Source: an uncultured Clostridium sp.
GTDB taxonomy: Bacteria; Bacillota; Clostridia; TANB77; CAG-508
Assembly (NCBI GenBank): GCA_948434985.1
Contig: CAOJFV010000004.1
Location: forward strand, 1-58,276
Length of the DNA: 58,276 bases
Direction: 5' to 3'
Shown here piece by piece: positions 21,045 through 30,068 of the stretch. Positions within the stretch are counted from its first letter, which is position 1, and each line of letters starts with the position of its first letter. The notes beneath the pieces are model-generated. The model made no database searches, was not told the origin of the DNA, and saw only the letters and a program-made list of their open reading frames with translations. Made by a program: the position numbers and the translations under genes.

Positions 21045-21073
21045 TTGACACCTAAAAACATATGTTCTATAAT
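21045..21073 (+). promoter_or_regulatory. dinB promoter (TTGACA-17-TATAAT) with an embedded LexA/SOS (Cheo-type) box
   Basis: The spacer contains AAAC-ATAT-GTTC (21056-21067), which resembles the Bacillus consensus CGAACATATGTTCG. Confidence 0.5.
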
Positions 21074-21088
21074 AGTTAAGGTGATGAT

Positions 21089-22309
21089 ATGGAAAGACAA
21101 ATTTTACATGTAGATGTAAATAATGCGTTTTTATCATGGACGGCTATTGAAAAATTACGTTTAGGTGAAGAATTAGATATAAGAACAATTCCAGCCATAA
21201 TAGGTGGAGATGAAAGTAGTAGACATGGAATAGTACTTGCTAAAAGTATGAAAGCAAAAGAATTTGGAATACAAACAGGAGAGCCTATTTATCAAGCAAG
21301 AAAGAAATGCCCAAACGTTCAAGTATATCAAGGGAATTATGAAAATTATAAGAAATATTCTAATGAATTATATAATTTATTGTTGGAGTATACAGATAAG
21401 ATAGAACGTTTTTCGATAGATGAATGCTTTATGGACTTAACATTATTTTTAAGAAAAGATGAAAGATTAATTGATAAGGCATATGAAATTAATAAAAGAG
21501 TAAAAAAAGAATTAGGCTTTACAGTAAATGTAGGTGTAGCAAATAATAAGTTGCTGGCGAAAATGGCATCAGATTTTGAAAAACCAGATAAAGTTCATAC
21601 ATTATTTGAAAATGAAATCCAAGATAAAATGTGGAAGCTTCCAGCAGAAGATTTATTTATGGTGGGAAGAAAAAGTATAGGAAAACTAAGACAGCTTGGA
21701 ATAAAAACAATAGGAGATATTGCAAGATATGATAAAAATATATTAATAAAAAAATTTGGTAAACACGGAAGAATGATGTGGGAATATGCAAATGGAATTG
21801 ATGAAAGTGAAGTAATATATGAACAAGAAACGCCAAAAGGAATAGGAAATTCTATAACACTACCAGAAGATGTATACAATATTAATAAGTTAAATGAGAT
21901 ATTGCTTGCTTTAACAGAACAAGTGGGTTTTAGGTTGAGAAAGTATAAACTATTGGCAAATGTGGTCAATGTTCAAATAAGAACAAAAGATTTTAAAAAT
22001 TTTTCACATCAAAGAAAATTAGATAAGTCAACAAATGTAACAAAAGAAATATATGAAATAGCAAAATACTTATTAAAAGAATTACATAAAAACAGAGGAG
22101 TACGTTTAATTGGACTGAGAGTAGATAAACTTATTAGTGAGGATGAAGTACAAATATCGTTATTTGATACAAACAATAATAAAAAACAAGAAAAGCTGGA
22201 CAAAGTAATGGATGACTTAAAGAAAAAGTATGGATATGAAAAAGTTACAAGAGCAGGAGAAATGAAAGTAAAAAATATGATTAATATAAGAGAAGAAAAA
22301 GGAGAATAG
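21089..22309 (+). CDS. dinB: Y-family DNA polymerase (Pol IV/DinB-like)
   Basis: ILHVDVNNAF N-terminus, FSIDECFMDLT catalytic DE, LLAKMASDFEKP; about 400 aa. Confidence 0.85.
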   Translation: MERQILHVDVNNAFLSWTAIEKLRLGEELDIRTIPAIIGGDESSRHGIVLAKSMKAKEFGIQTGEPIYQARKKCPNVQVYQGNYENYKKYSNELYNLLLEYTDKIERFSIDECFMDLTLFLRKDERLIDKAYEINKRVKKELGFTVNVGVANNKLLAKMASDFEKPDKVHTLFENEIQDKMWKLPAEDLFMVGRKSIGKLRQLGIKTIGDIARYDKNILIKKFGKHGRMMWEYANGIDESEVIYEQETPKGIGNSITLPEDVYNINKLNEILLALTEQVGFRLRKYKLLANVVNVQIRTKDFKNFSHQRKLDKSTNVTKEIYEIAKYLLKELHKNRGVRLIGLRVDKLISEDEVQISLFDTNNNKKQEKLDKVMDDLKKKYGYEKVTRAGEMKVKNMINIREEKGE

Positions 22310-22398
22310 AAAATATAATGTCGAAACTTGTCACATCTTTTTAGGACATGAATATAATATATTATAACACGTATTTAGTGTTATAAGGAGGTGATATT

Positions 22399-22620
22399 AT
22401 GTTTGAACAAGATGGATGTAGAAACAGAAAATGTTGTGTAGACTTAATATTAACTATATTATTAGTTCTATTTGCATTTGTAATAGGAGTAATTGTAGGA
22501 GCTTTAACAGGAATTCTTGCATTATTAGGAATAGGAGCAATTGTTGCAATAGCAGTACTTTTAGGAGTATTGATTTTAGTAAGAATTATAATGCTTATAT
22601 GTTGTAAGAAATGTTGTTAA
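22399..22620 (+). CDS. Small (73-aa) Cys-rich hydrophobic membrane protein
   Basis: AAGGAGG RBS. CRNRKCC at the N-terminus, two predicted TM helices, CCKKCC at the C-terminus. The perfect palindrome gatgtgtcaaa/tttgacacatc lies just after the stop. Confidence 0.5.
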   Translation: MFEQDGCRNRKCCVDLILTILLVLFAFVIGVIVGALTGILALLGIGAIVAIAVLLGVLILVRIIMLICCKKCC

Positions 22621-22747
22621 TATATAGATGTGTCAAATTTGACACATCACTACATAAGAAAAATTTTATAAAAGCATTGAAAAAAAGTTATCTTTAATAT
22701 ACAATTAATAAAAAAATACATTCATACTTGTAAAAAGGAGTATAAAT

Positions 22748-23593
22748 ATGGAATTAATAGATGGAAAAGCACTTGCAAAAAGTATTCGTGAAAATTTAAA
22801 GGAAGAAGTTGACGAGCTAAAGAAAAATGGGATTAATCCAAGACTTGCAGTTATTATGGTTGGAGATGATAAAGCATCAAAAGTATATGTTAAAAATAAG
22901 TCTAAAGCTTGTGAAGAGATTGGCGTAGATTATAAAGAATATTTATTAGAAGAAGATACTACTATGGACGAGCTATTAAATTTAATACATATTTTAAATG
23001 TGGACAAAAATATTCACGGAATTTTACTTCAAAGTCCATTACCTAAACAATTGGATATAAACGAAGCATTTAAAGAAATTGCAACAGAAAAGGATGTAGA
23101 TGGATTTAATCCAATAAATGTTGGAAAATTAAGCTTAAATCAAGATTGCTTTGTATCTTGTACTCCATATGGAATTATAAAAATGTTAGAAGCTTATAAT
23201 GTGACGTTAGAGGGAGCTCACGCAGTTATTGTAGGAAGAAGTAACATTGTAGGAAAACCATTATTACAATGTTTATTAAATAAAAATGCAACAGTAACAA
23301 TATGTCATTCTAAAACAAAAGATCTTGCAAACACAACAAGAAATGCAGATATAGTTATTGCAGCACTGGGAAAACCAAACTTTATAAAAGCAGATATGGT
23401 AAGAGAAGGGACAGTTGTAATAGATGTTGGAATAAATAGAAATGAAGAAGGCAAGATTGTTGGAGATGTGGATTTTGAAGATGTATCAAAAAAAGCATCA
23501 TACATAACACCAGTACCTGGTGGAGTAGGACCAATGACAATTGCAATGCTTATGGTAAATGTTGTTAAAGCTGCAAAAGCAAGAATGAAATAG
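22748..23593 (+). CDS. folD: Bifunctional methylenetetrahydrofolate dehydrogenase/cyclohydrolase
   Basis: Full-length FolD pattern: VGDD.AS..YV, GILLQSPLP, VGRSNIVGKP, PVPGGVGPMT. Confidence 0.95.
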   Translation: MELIDGKALAKSIRENLKEEVDELKKNGINPRLAVIMVGDDKASKVYVKNKSKACEEIGVDYKEYLLEEDTTMDELLNLIHILNVDKNIHGILLQSPLPKQLDINEAFKEIATEKDVDGFNPINVGKLSLNQDCFVSCTPYGIIKMLEAYNVTLEGAHAVIVGRSNIVGKPLLQCLLNKNATVTICHSKTKDLANTTRNADIVIAALGKPNFIKADMVREGTVVIDVGINRNEEGKIVGDVDFEDVSKKASYITPVPGGVGPMTIAMLMVNVVKAAKARMK

Positions 23594-23682
23594 TAATAAT
23601 AATTTTGTGGGGGCAAAATTTATTGAAAAATCGAAGGGGAGCGATGTATGCTTCTCTTTTTGTTATTTTAGAAAGGAGAAAT

Positions 23683-24573
23683 ATGAACAATAAAAAATAT
23701 TGGATATGGTTATCTAGAATTGAAGGACTAGGGCCAATAAAAATAAAAAAAATAATAGAAAAATATAAAGCACCAGAAACAATTTGGAAATTAACAAAAG
23801 AAGAACTGATAAAAATAAAAGGCATAGGAGATATAATAGCAAATCAGATATTGGATACAAAATATAGGGAAAATTTAGAACAATATATAGACTATATGGA
23901 AAAATATCATATAGGAATGATTACTATATTAGATGAAGATTATCCTAAAAAACTAAAAAACATTTATGATGCACCTATAGTTCTATATTATAAAGGAAAT
24001 AGAGAACTAATAAATAGCAATAAAATAATTGCGATTATAGGATGTAGAGATTGTAGTAAATATGGAGAAAATGTTTCTAAAAAGTTTGCGTATGAATTAG
24101 CAAGAAAAGGAATAAGTATTATAAGTGGGATGGCAAAAGGAATAGATAGTGCTGCACATATTGGAGCTTTAAAAGAAAAAGGTAAGACAATAGCTGTTTT
24201 GGGAAGTGGACTTGATAGAATATATCCTAGTGAAAATTTGAAATTATATAGTGAAATATTAGAAAATGGTGGAGCAATTGTCTCTGAATATGTTATAGGT
24301 ACAAATGCAAATAAAATGAGTTTTCCTGCAAGAAATCGAATTATTAGTGGATTAAGTGATGGTGTTATTGTTGTAGAAGCAAAAGAAAAAAGTGGTACAT
24401 TAATAACGGTAGATTTTGCATTAGAACAAGGAAAAGATATATTTGTAGTACCTGGTAATATTACAAGTGACAATTCTTTTGGCACAAATGAATTGATTAA
24501 GCAAGGTGCTAAATGTATTACGTGTGCAAATGATGTACTAGAGGATATAAATTTAATAAATAATATGTACTAA
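23683..24573 (+). CDS. dprA: DNA-processing protein DprA
   Basis: GMAKGIDSAAH and SGTLITVDFALEQGKDIFVVPG motifs. ATG 23683 has a GAAAGGAG RBS. The ORF-track start at 23605 would overlap folD. Confidence 0.9.
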   Translation: MNNKKYWIWLSRIEGLGPIKIKKIIEKYKAPETIWKLTKEELIKIKGIGDIIANQILDTKYRENLEQYIDYMEKYHIGMITILDEDYPKKLKNIYDAPIVLYYKGNRELINSNKIIAIIGCRDCSKYGENVSKKFAYELARKGISIISGMAKGIDSAAHIGALKEKGKTIAVLGSGLDRIYPSENLKLYSEILENGGAIVSEYVIGTNANKMSFPARNRIISGLSDGVIVVEAKEKSGTLITVDFALEQGKDIFVVPGNITSDNSFGTNELIKQGAKCITCANDVLEDINLINNMY

Positions 24574-24706
24574 TTTTCAAAATTTGATTAAAATGTATTT
24601 AGTTATTATTACAAACAATTAAAATTTTCTTAAAATGCTTTCATTTTTAACACATTTGTAATATAATATGCCTATGTACTTTTGTACTACAAAGGAGGAT
24701 ATTTTT

Positions 24707-27466
24707 ATGGGAACTAAAAAGGGAAGTAAAAAGAATAAAGATACAGAAAAAACTAAGAAGATTAAAACTGTAAAGAATAAAGAATCTAATAAAAAAGATA
24801 AAAAAGATAAAGATAAAAAGAAAAAAGGAAAACATCCTAAACTAAAATTATTTTTTAAAATTTTAATTACATTAATTATTATAGCTATAATAATTGGTGC
24901 GGGTGTTTTCGCAGGTCTATTTTTTGGACTTTTTGGGGATGATTTTAAAATAAGTGTTAAAGATCTAGAAATAAGCGTAGAAAATAGTGTATTAATAGAT
25001 TTAGATGGAAATCAAGTAGCAACTTTGAACGGTGATGAAAACAGAGAAATAATAACACTTGGGGAAATGGGAGAATATCTACCTAAAGCATTTGTTGCTA
25101 TTGAAGACAAAAGATTTTATAATCATAATGGTGTAGACCTTTCAAGAACAATAAGTGCAACGATAAAATACTTTTTAGGAAATTCAACTTATGGGGGAAG
25201 TACAATTACTCAACAATTAATAAAAAATGCAACAGGAGATAACGATAAAACATCAATGAGAAAAGTAAAGGAAATTGCAAAAGCTTATCAAATTGAAAGA
25301 GAGATGTCAAAAGATCAAATACTAGAATCATACTTAAATACAATTCCTCTTGGTGGAGGAGCGAAGAATGTTTATGGTGTAAAGGTTGCAGCAAAATACT
25401 ATTTTGACAAAGAACCAAAAGATTTAACGCTTGCGCAATCTGCATATATTGCAGGAATTAATCATTCACCAAACATATATAATCCTTTTAAGGAAAGTGT
25501 AAATACAGAAAGAATTAATAACAGAACCAAAATCGTATTAAATGAAATGTTAGAACAAGGAAAAATAAATGAAGAACAATATAATTCAGCTACAGAAGAA
25601 GTAAACGCTGGACTGGCATTTAGAGAAGGAAATATTACAAGTTACAATTCATTAACTCAAAATGAAGAAGCAGCATTAAGGCAAGTTGCAAATGAATATG
25701 CAAAAGAACATGATTTAGACTATAAAATAGCATTAAATAAAATAATGAGTGGTGGGTATAAAATCTATATTACAGAAAAGAAAAACATACAAGATATATT
25801 AGACAAAGAATATACTGAAAATACAAGTTGGATGACAACAACAAAATCTAAAACTAAAAAAGATGAAAATGGGAATAAAATAACAGTTCAAATGCAATCA
25901 GGTATGGCAATAATTGACCATAAAACTGGGTATGTTGTAGCTTCTCGTGGGGTACTTGGAGAAAAAACTGCATGGGGAACAAATAGGGCAACAAGTGCTG
26001 GAATGCAACCAGGTTCTTCTATAAAACCAATTGCAGTTATTGCACCTTCATTACAAGAAGGATTAATTACACCAGGTACAGTTGTTGATGATACACCAAT
26101 ATCATTTGGAAGCTATAGACCACGTAATGATGATGGAAGATATAAAGGGTTATATAATATAAGATCAATATTAAGAGAATCAAGAAATATTCCAGAGGTA
26201 AAAATGATGAGAACATTAGGGCCTACTAAATCTATAGAGTATCTAAAATCATTTGGAATATCTACTGTAAATGCTGAAAAAGATGCAGGACTTGCTTTAG
26301 CACTTGGAGGAGTTTCAGAAGGTATAAGTCCACTTGAAATGGCAGGAGCATATGCAACAATTGCAAATGATGGTGTATACATAGAGCCTACATTCTACAT
26401 AAAAGTAGAAGATTCAAATGGAAATGTGGTAATGGAAAAGAAACAAGAAACACATAGAGTAATATCAGAACAGAATGCTTATCTATTACAATCTTTACTT
26501 ACAGAACCAACAGGAACTGGAATAAGTGGAACATCTGGAGCAACTGCAACAAGAGCAGTGGTAAAGGGACAACAAACTTGTGGAAAAACTGGTACAGCAG
26601 ATGATACTTTAATTACGTGGTTTTGCGGATTTACACCATATTACAGTGGTGCAATGTATTTTGCATATGATGAAAAAGATGCAAGAGCACCTGGTAGTGG
26701 AACTGTTGCTGGAAGATGGGGCGGCATTATGAATAAAATTCATCAAGGGCTAGAATCTGCAAGATTTGATAAACCAAGTGGAATAGTTAATGCTACTATA
26801 TGTAAAGATTCAGGGCTTCTTGCAAATGAACTATGTAACCAAGACCAAAGAGGAAATAGAGCATATTCCGAAATGTTTGCAGCAGGAACAGTGCCTTCAA
26901 AGACTTGTGAAACACATGTTAAACTAAGAATATGTAAAGATACTGGAAAAATAGCAAATGAATTCTGTCAAAACATAGAAGAAAAGGTGTTTATAACTAG
27001 ACCAAATAGCGATACAGATACATCATGGCACAATGTTCCAGATGCTCAGTATATGGCACCAACTGAAACATGTGCAGAGCATACAAAACCAGCAGATACT
27101 GTAAAACCTGTTATAACTTTAACAGGAGTAACTAAAGATACAATAGAAATTAAAGTAAATGATAAATTTACACTACCAAAGGCAACAGCGAAGGATGATA
27201 TAGATGGAGATATAACAAAAAACATAAAAACAGAAATAAAAAAAGATGGAAAAGTAGTAGAGAAAATAGATACTTCTAAAACAGGAACATATGTAATAAC
27301 ATATACTGTACAAGATACAGCAGGAAACATAGGAACTAAAACAATTACTGTAAAAATACTTACACAAACTACAGGAGGTAATACAAACACAACAAATACA
27401 GTTACAAATACAACAAAACCAAACACAACAACCAATACCAACAGTAATACAAATAAGAAACAATAA
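24707..27466 (+). CDS. Class A penicillin-binding protein (transglycosylase + transpeptidase) with a C-terminal Ig-like domain and a T/N-rich tail
   Basis: GT51 motifs (EDKRFYNHNGVD, GGSTITQQL), transpeptidase motifs (SSIKP, KTGT), a K-rich N-terminus plus one TM helix. AAGGAGG precedes ATG 24707. Confidence 0.9.
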   Translation: MGTKKGSKKNKDTEKTKKIKTVKNKESNKKDKKDKDKKKKGKHPKLKLFFKILITLIIIAIIIGAGVFAGLFFGLFGDDFKISVKDLEISVENSVLIDLDGNQVATLNGDENREIITLGEMGEYLPKAFVAIEDKRFYNHNGVDLSRTISATIKYFLGNSTYGGSTITQQLIKNATGDNDKTSMRKVKEIAKAYQIEREMSKDQILESYLNTIPLGGGAKNVYGVKVAAKYYFDKEPKDLTLAQSAYIAGINHSPNIYNPFKESVNTERINNRTKIVLNEMLEQGKINEEQYNSATEEVNAGLAFREGNITSYNSLTQNEEAALRQVANEYAKEHDLDYKIALNKIMSGGYKIYITEKKNIQDILDKEYTENTSWMTTTKSKTKKDENGNKITVQMQSGMAIIDHKTGYVVASRGVLGEKTAWGTNRATSAGMQPGSSIKPIAVIAPSLQEGLITPGTVVDDTPISFGSYRPRNDDGRYKGLYNIRSILRESRNIPEVKMMRTLGPTKSIEYLKSFGISTVNAEKDAGLALALGGVSEGISPLEMAGAYATIANDGVYIEPTFYIKVEDSNGNVVMEKKQETHRVISEQNAYLLQSLLTEPTGTGISGTSGATATRAVVKGQQTCGKTGTADDTLITWFCGFTPYYSGAMYFAYDEKDARAPGSGTVAGRWGGIMNKIHQGLESARFDKPSGIVNATICKDSGLLANELCNQDQRGNRAYSEMFAAGTVPSKTCETHVKLRICKDTGKIANEFCQNIEEKVFITRPNSDTDTSWHNVPDAQYMAPTETCAEHTKPADTVKPVITLTGVTKDTIEIKVNDKFTLPKATAKDDIDGDITKNIKTEIKKDGKVVEKIDTSKTGTYVITYTVQDTAGNIGTKTITVKILTQTTGGNTNTTNTVTNTTKPNTTTNTNSNTNKKQ

Positions 27467-27575
27467 TTAGAATTTGAAGGTTATAAGTTAGATGTTGAAA
27501 ATTTAAAAAAATTCTTTGAAGAAGCTTCTTAAAATCTAACTGATAACCTCAAATTTCTAACATCAAAACAGAAAG

Positions 27576-28976
27576 GTGGATTACAAATTGGAATTAAGAC
27601 TATATAATACTCTTACTAAAACAAAAGATGTTTTTGAACCACTAAAAGGTAATGAAGTACGACTTTATTCTTGTGGACCAACAGTATATTATTTTGCACA
27701 TATTGGAAACTTAAGAGCATACTTATTTATGGACAATTTGCGTAGAGTATTAAAGTATAATGGATATGAACTTAAACATGTAATGAATATAACAGATGTG
27801 GGTCATTTAGTATCAGATGCCGATGAAGGTGAAGATAAAATGATGAAAGCTGCAAAACGTGAAAATAAAGATCCATTTGCAATTGCTAACTTTTATACGC
27901 AAGCTTTTTTTGAGGATTTAAATAAATTAAATATATTTATGCCAGAAATTATTGCTAGAGCAACGGAACATATTCCGTGTATGGAAGAGTATGTAAGACA
28001 AATTATAGCAAATGGTTATACATACGAAACAAATGATACAATTTATTTTGATACATCAAAATTAGATAAATATGGAGTTCTTTCAAATAAAGATGTAAAA
28101 GAAGAAGATTTGGAAGCAAGAATTGATGCAGACCCAAATAAAAAACATCCAAATGACTTTGCATTATGGATTAAAGCGCCAGAAAATCATCTAATGAAAT
28201 GGGATACATTTTGGGGAAAATGCTATCCAGGATGGCACTTAGAGTGCTCTGCTATGGGACACAAATACTTAGGTGAAGAATTTGATATTCATACTGGTGG
28301 AGTTGACCATATAACGGTTCATCATGAAAATGAAATTGCACAAGCAAAAGGTTATTGTGGAAAAATTCCAGCAAATTATTGGATGCATGTGGAATTTTTA
28401 CAAGTCAATGGTGGAAAAATGTCAAAAAGCTTAAATAATTTATATACATTACAGGATTTAGCTAAAAAGGGATATGAGCCAGCAGTATATAGGATGTTTA
28501 ACCTAGGAGCTCATTATAAAAAGAAAATTAATTTTACATTCGAGGCTATGGATGCTGCAAAAATAGCTTTAGTGCGTTTAAGAGATAGTTATTTAAAACA
28601 TAAAGAAGGAACATCAGATGTAGAAGATTCTATAATTGAAGATTACGAAAATAAATTTCATCAAGCAATTAATGATGACTTAAATATGCCAGTTGCTATG
28701 AGTGTTGTATGGGAAGTGGCGAAGTATAATGTAAAATCTAAAAAACTTGCTGATTTATTATTGAAATTTGATACTGTATTAGGAATAAAAATAGATGAAT
28801 TAGAAGAAAATAATGAAGAAATTCCAACAGATATATTAGAATTAGTAGAAAAAAGAAAACAAGCAAGACTTGATAAAAATTGGGAATTATCAGATAAATT
28901 AAGAAATGAAATTAACGAAAAAGGGTATAATGTTAAAGATTTAAAAGACGATATGATAGTAGAAAAAAGGAGCTAA
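27576..28976 (+). CDS. cysS: Cysteine--tRNA ligase
   Basis: HIGNLR and KMSKS motifs. The start is ambiguous between GTG 27576 and TTG 27588. Confidence 0.93.
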   Translation: MDYKLELRLYNTLTKTKDVFEPLKGNEVRLYSCGPTVYYFAHIGNLRAYLFMDNLRRVLKYNGYELKHVMNITDVGHLVSDADEGEDKMMKAAKRENKDPFAIANFYTQAFFEDLNKLNIFMPEIIARATEHIPCMEEYVRQIIANGYTYETNDTIYFDTSKLDKYGVLSNKDVKEEDLEARIDADPNKKHPNDFALWIKAPENHLMKWDTFWGKCYPGWHLECSAMGHKYLGEEFDIHTGGVDHITVHHENEIAQAKGYCGKIPANYWMHVEFLQVNGGKMSKSLNNLYTLQDLAKKGYEPAVYRMFNLGAHYKKKINFTFEAMDAAKIALVRLRDSYLKHKEGTSDVEDSIIEDYENKFHQAINDDLNMPVAMSVVWEVAKYNVKSKKLADLLLKFDTVLGIKIDELEENNEEIPTDILELVEKRKQARLDKNWELSDKLRNEINEKGYNVKDLKDDMIVEKRS

Positions 28977-28980
28977 ATAA

Positions 28981-30036
28981 ATGACAGAAGAAAAAAATAT
29001 GAACTTTTTTGAAAGAGTTATAACAAGTATAAAAGATTTTGAAAAATATGCAATTTTTGCTACAGAAAGAACTAGAAAAGCCATAGCTTATTTAGCTTTG
29101 GTAATTCTGATTTTTTCTATAGTAATTGCAAGTGTGTTTACTTACAAATTTAGTGTATCTATAAATAATGCTATAGAGTATTTTAAAATTAATATTAGCG
29201 AAGTTAATTATAATGATAATAACTTAAGCATTAACTCTGGAGAAGAGTTAAAACTTATTAATCCTAAAGAAGTTTTACCAATTGTTATTATTAATACTAA
29301 TGCAACACAAGAGCAAGAAAAAGATTATGAAAATGAAATCAATACTTATGAAAATGGAATTTTGCTTTTAAAAGATAAGATTATTTATAAAAATGAAATG
29401 TTAAACCAAAGTATAAATTATGAATATAAAGATATTGCAAGCGTATATGAGATTACTGAATTTGATAAAGAAGATGTACTAACCTTTATTGCTAATTTTA
29501 ATAATATTAATCTATATGTAAGTTTCTTTATAATGATAGTGATATATTTATTTATAGTATATTTTATAAGCACAATGTCTGATGTAATATTGATAGGAAT
29601 ATTAGGATTTATCTTTTCAAGAATAGTTGGAATCAGATTAAGATTTAAAGCTACTTTTAATATGGGAATATATGCTTTAACTTTACCTATTTTATTAAAT
29701 ATGATATATATTATAGTTAACTCTATTACTGGACTTGAAATTAAATATTTTTCTTGGATGTATACAACAATATCCTATATTTATATGATTGTAGCGATAC
29801 TTATGATAAAAACAGATTTAATAAATAGACAAGCTGAACTTATGAAAATTATAGAAGAACAAGAAAAAGTTAAAAAGGAAATAGAAGAAAACGAAAGAAG
29901 AAAAGAGGAAGAAAAGAAAAAAGAACCAGAAGACAGTAATGATAATAAAGAAGATAAGAAAAAAGATAAAAAAGATGGAGCAAAAGGAAAAGAAACAGGA
30001 TTAGGAGATTCGCGGACTTGCACCTCAAGGAAATAA
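28981..30036 (+). CDS. DUF1189-like membrane protein with a K/E-rich C-terminal tail. The 3' end is ambiguous because of the in-frame CGG at 30013; a +1 reading would end at 30052.
   Basis: N-terminal FFERVITSIKDF...AIAYLALVILIFSI matches the DUF1189 pattern; several TM helices. Confidence 0.55.
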   Translation: MTEEKNMNFFERVITSIKDFEKYAIFATERTRKAIAYLALVILIFSIVIASVFTYKFSVSINNAIEYFKINISEVNYNDNNLSINSGEELKLINPKEVLPIVIINTNATQEQEKDYENEINTYENGILLLKDKIIYKNEMLNQSINYEYKDIASVYEITEFDKEDVLTFIANFNNINLYVSFFIMIVIYLFIVYFISTMSDVILIGILGFIFSRIVGIRLRFKATFNMGIYALTLPILLNMIYIIVNSITGLEIKYFSWMYTTISYIYMIVAILMIKTDLINRQAELMKIIEEQEKVKKEIEENERRKEEEKKKEPEDSNDNKEDKKKDKKDGAKGKETGLGDSRTCTSRK

Positions 30037-30068
30037 TATTTCTGGAGAATAGGAAAGGGAAATTATAA

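Noticed and set aside
23605-23682. An N-terminal extension of dprA (ORF-track start at 23605), which would overlap the folD 3' end.
   Set aside because: ATG 23683 has a good RBS (GAAAGGAG) and corresponds to the usual DprA N-terminus. The extension has no homology and no RBS.
27467-27587. A T-box leader upstream of cysS. The region has nested palindromes: tttgaaggttataagttagat...atctaactgataacctcaaa, with an inner aagaagcttctt.
   Set aside because: At about 110 nt it is too short for a T-box. It has no specifier-loop/T-box consensus (AATTAGAGTGGNACCGCG-like) sequence. It is more simply a terminator structure for the upstream PBP gene.
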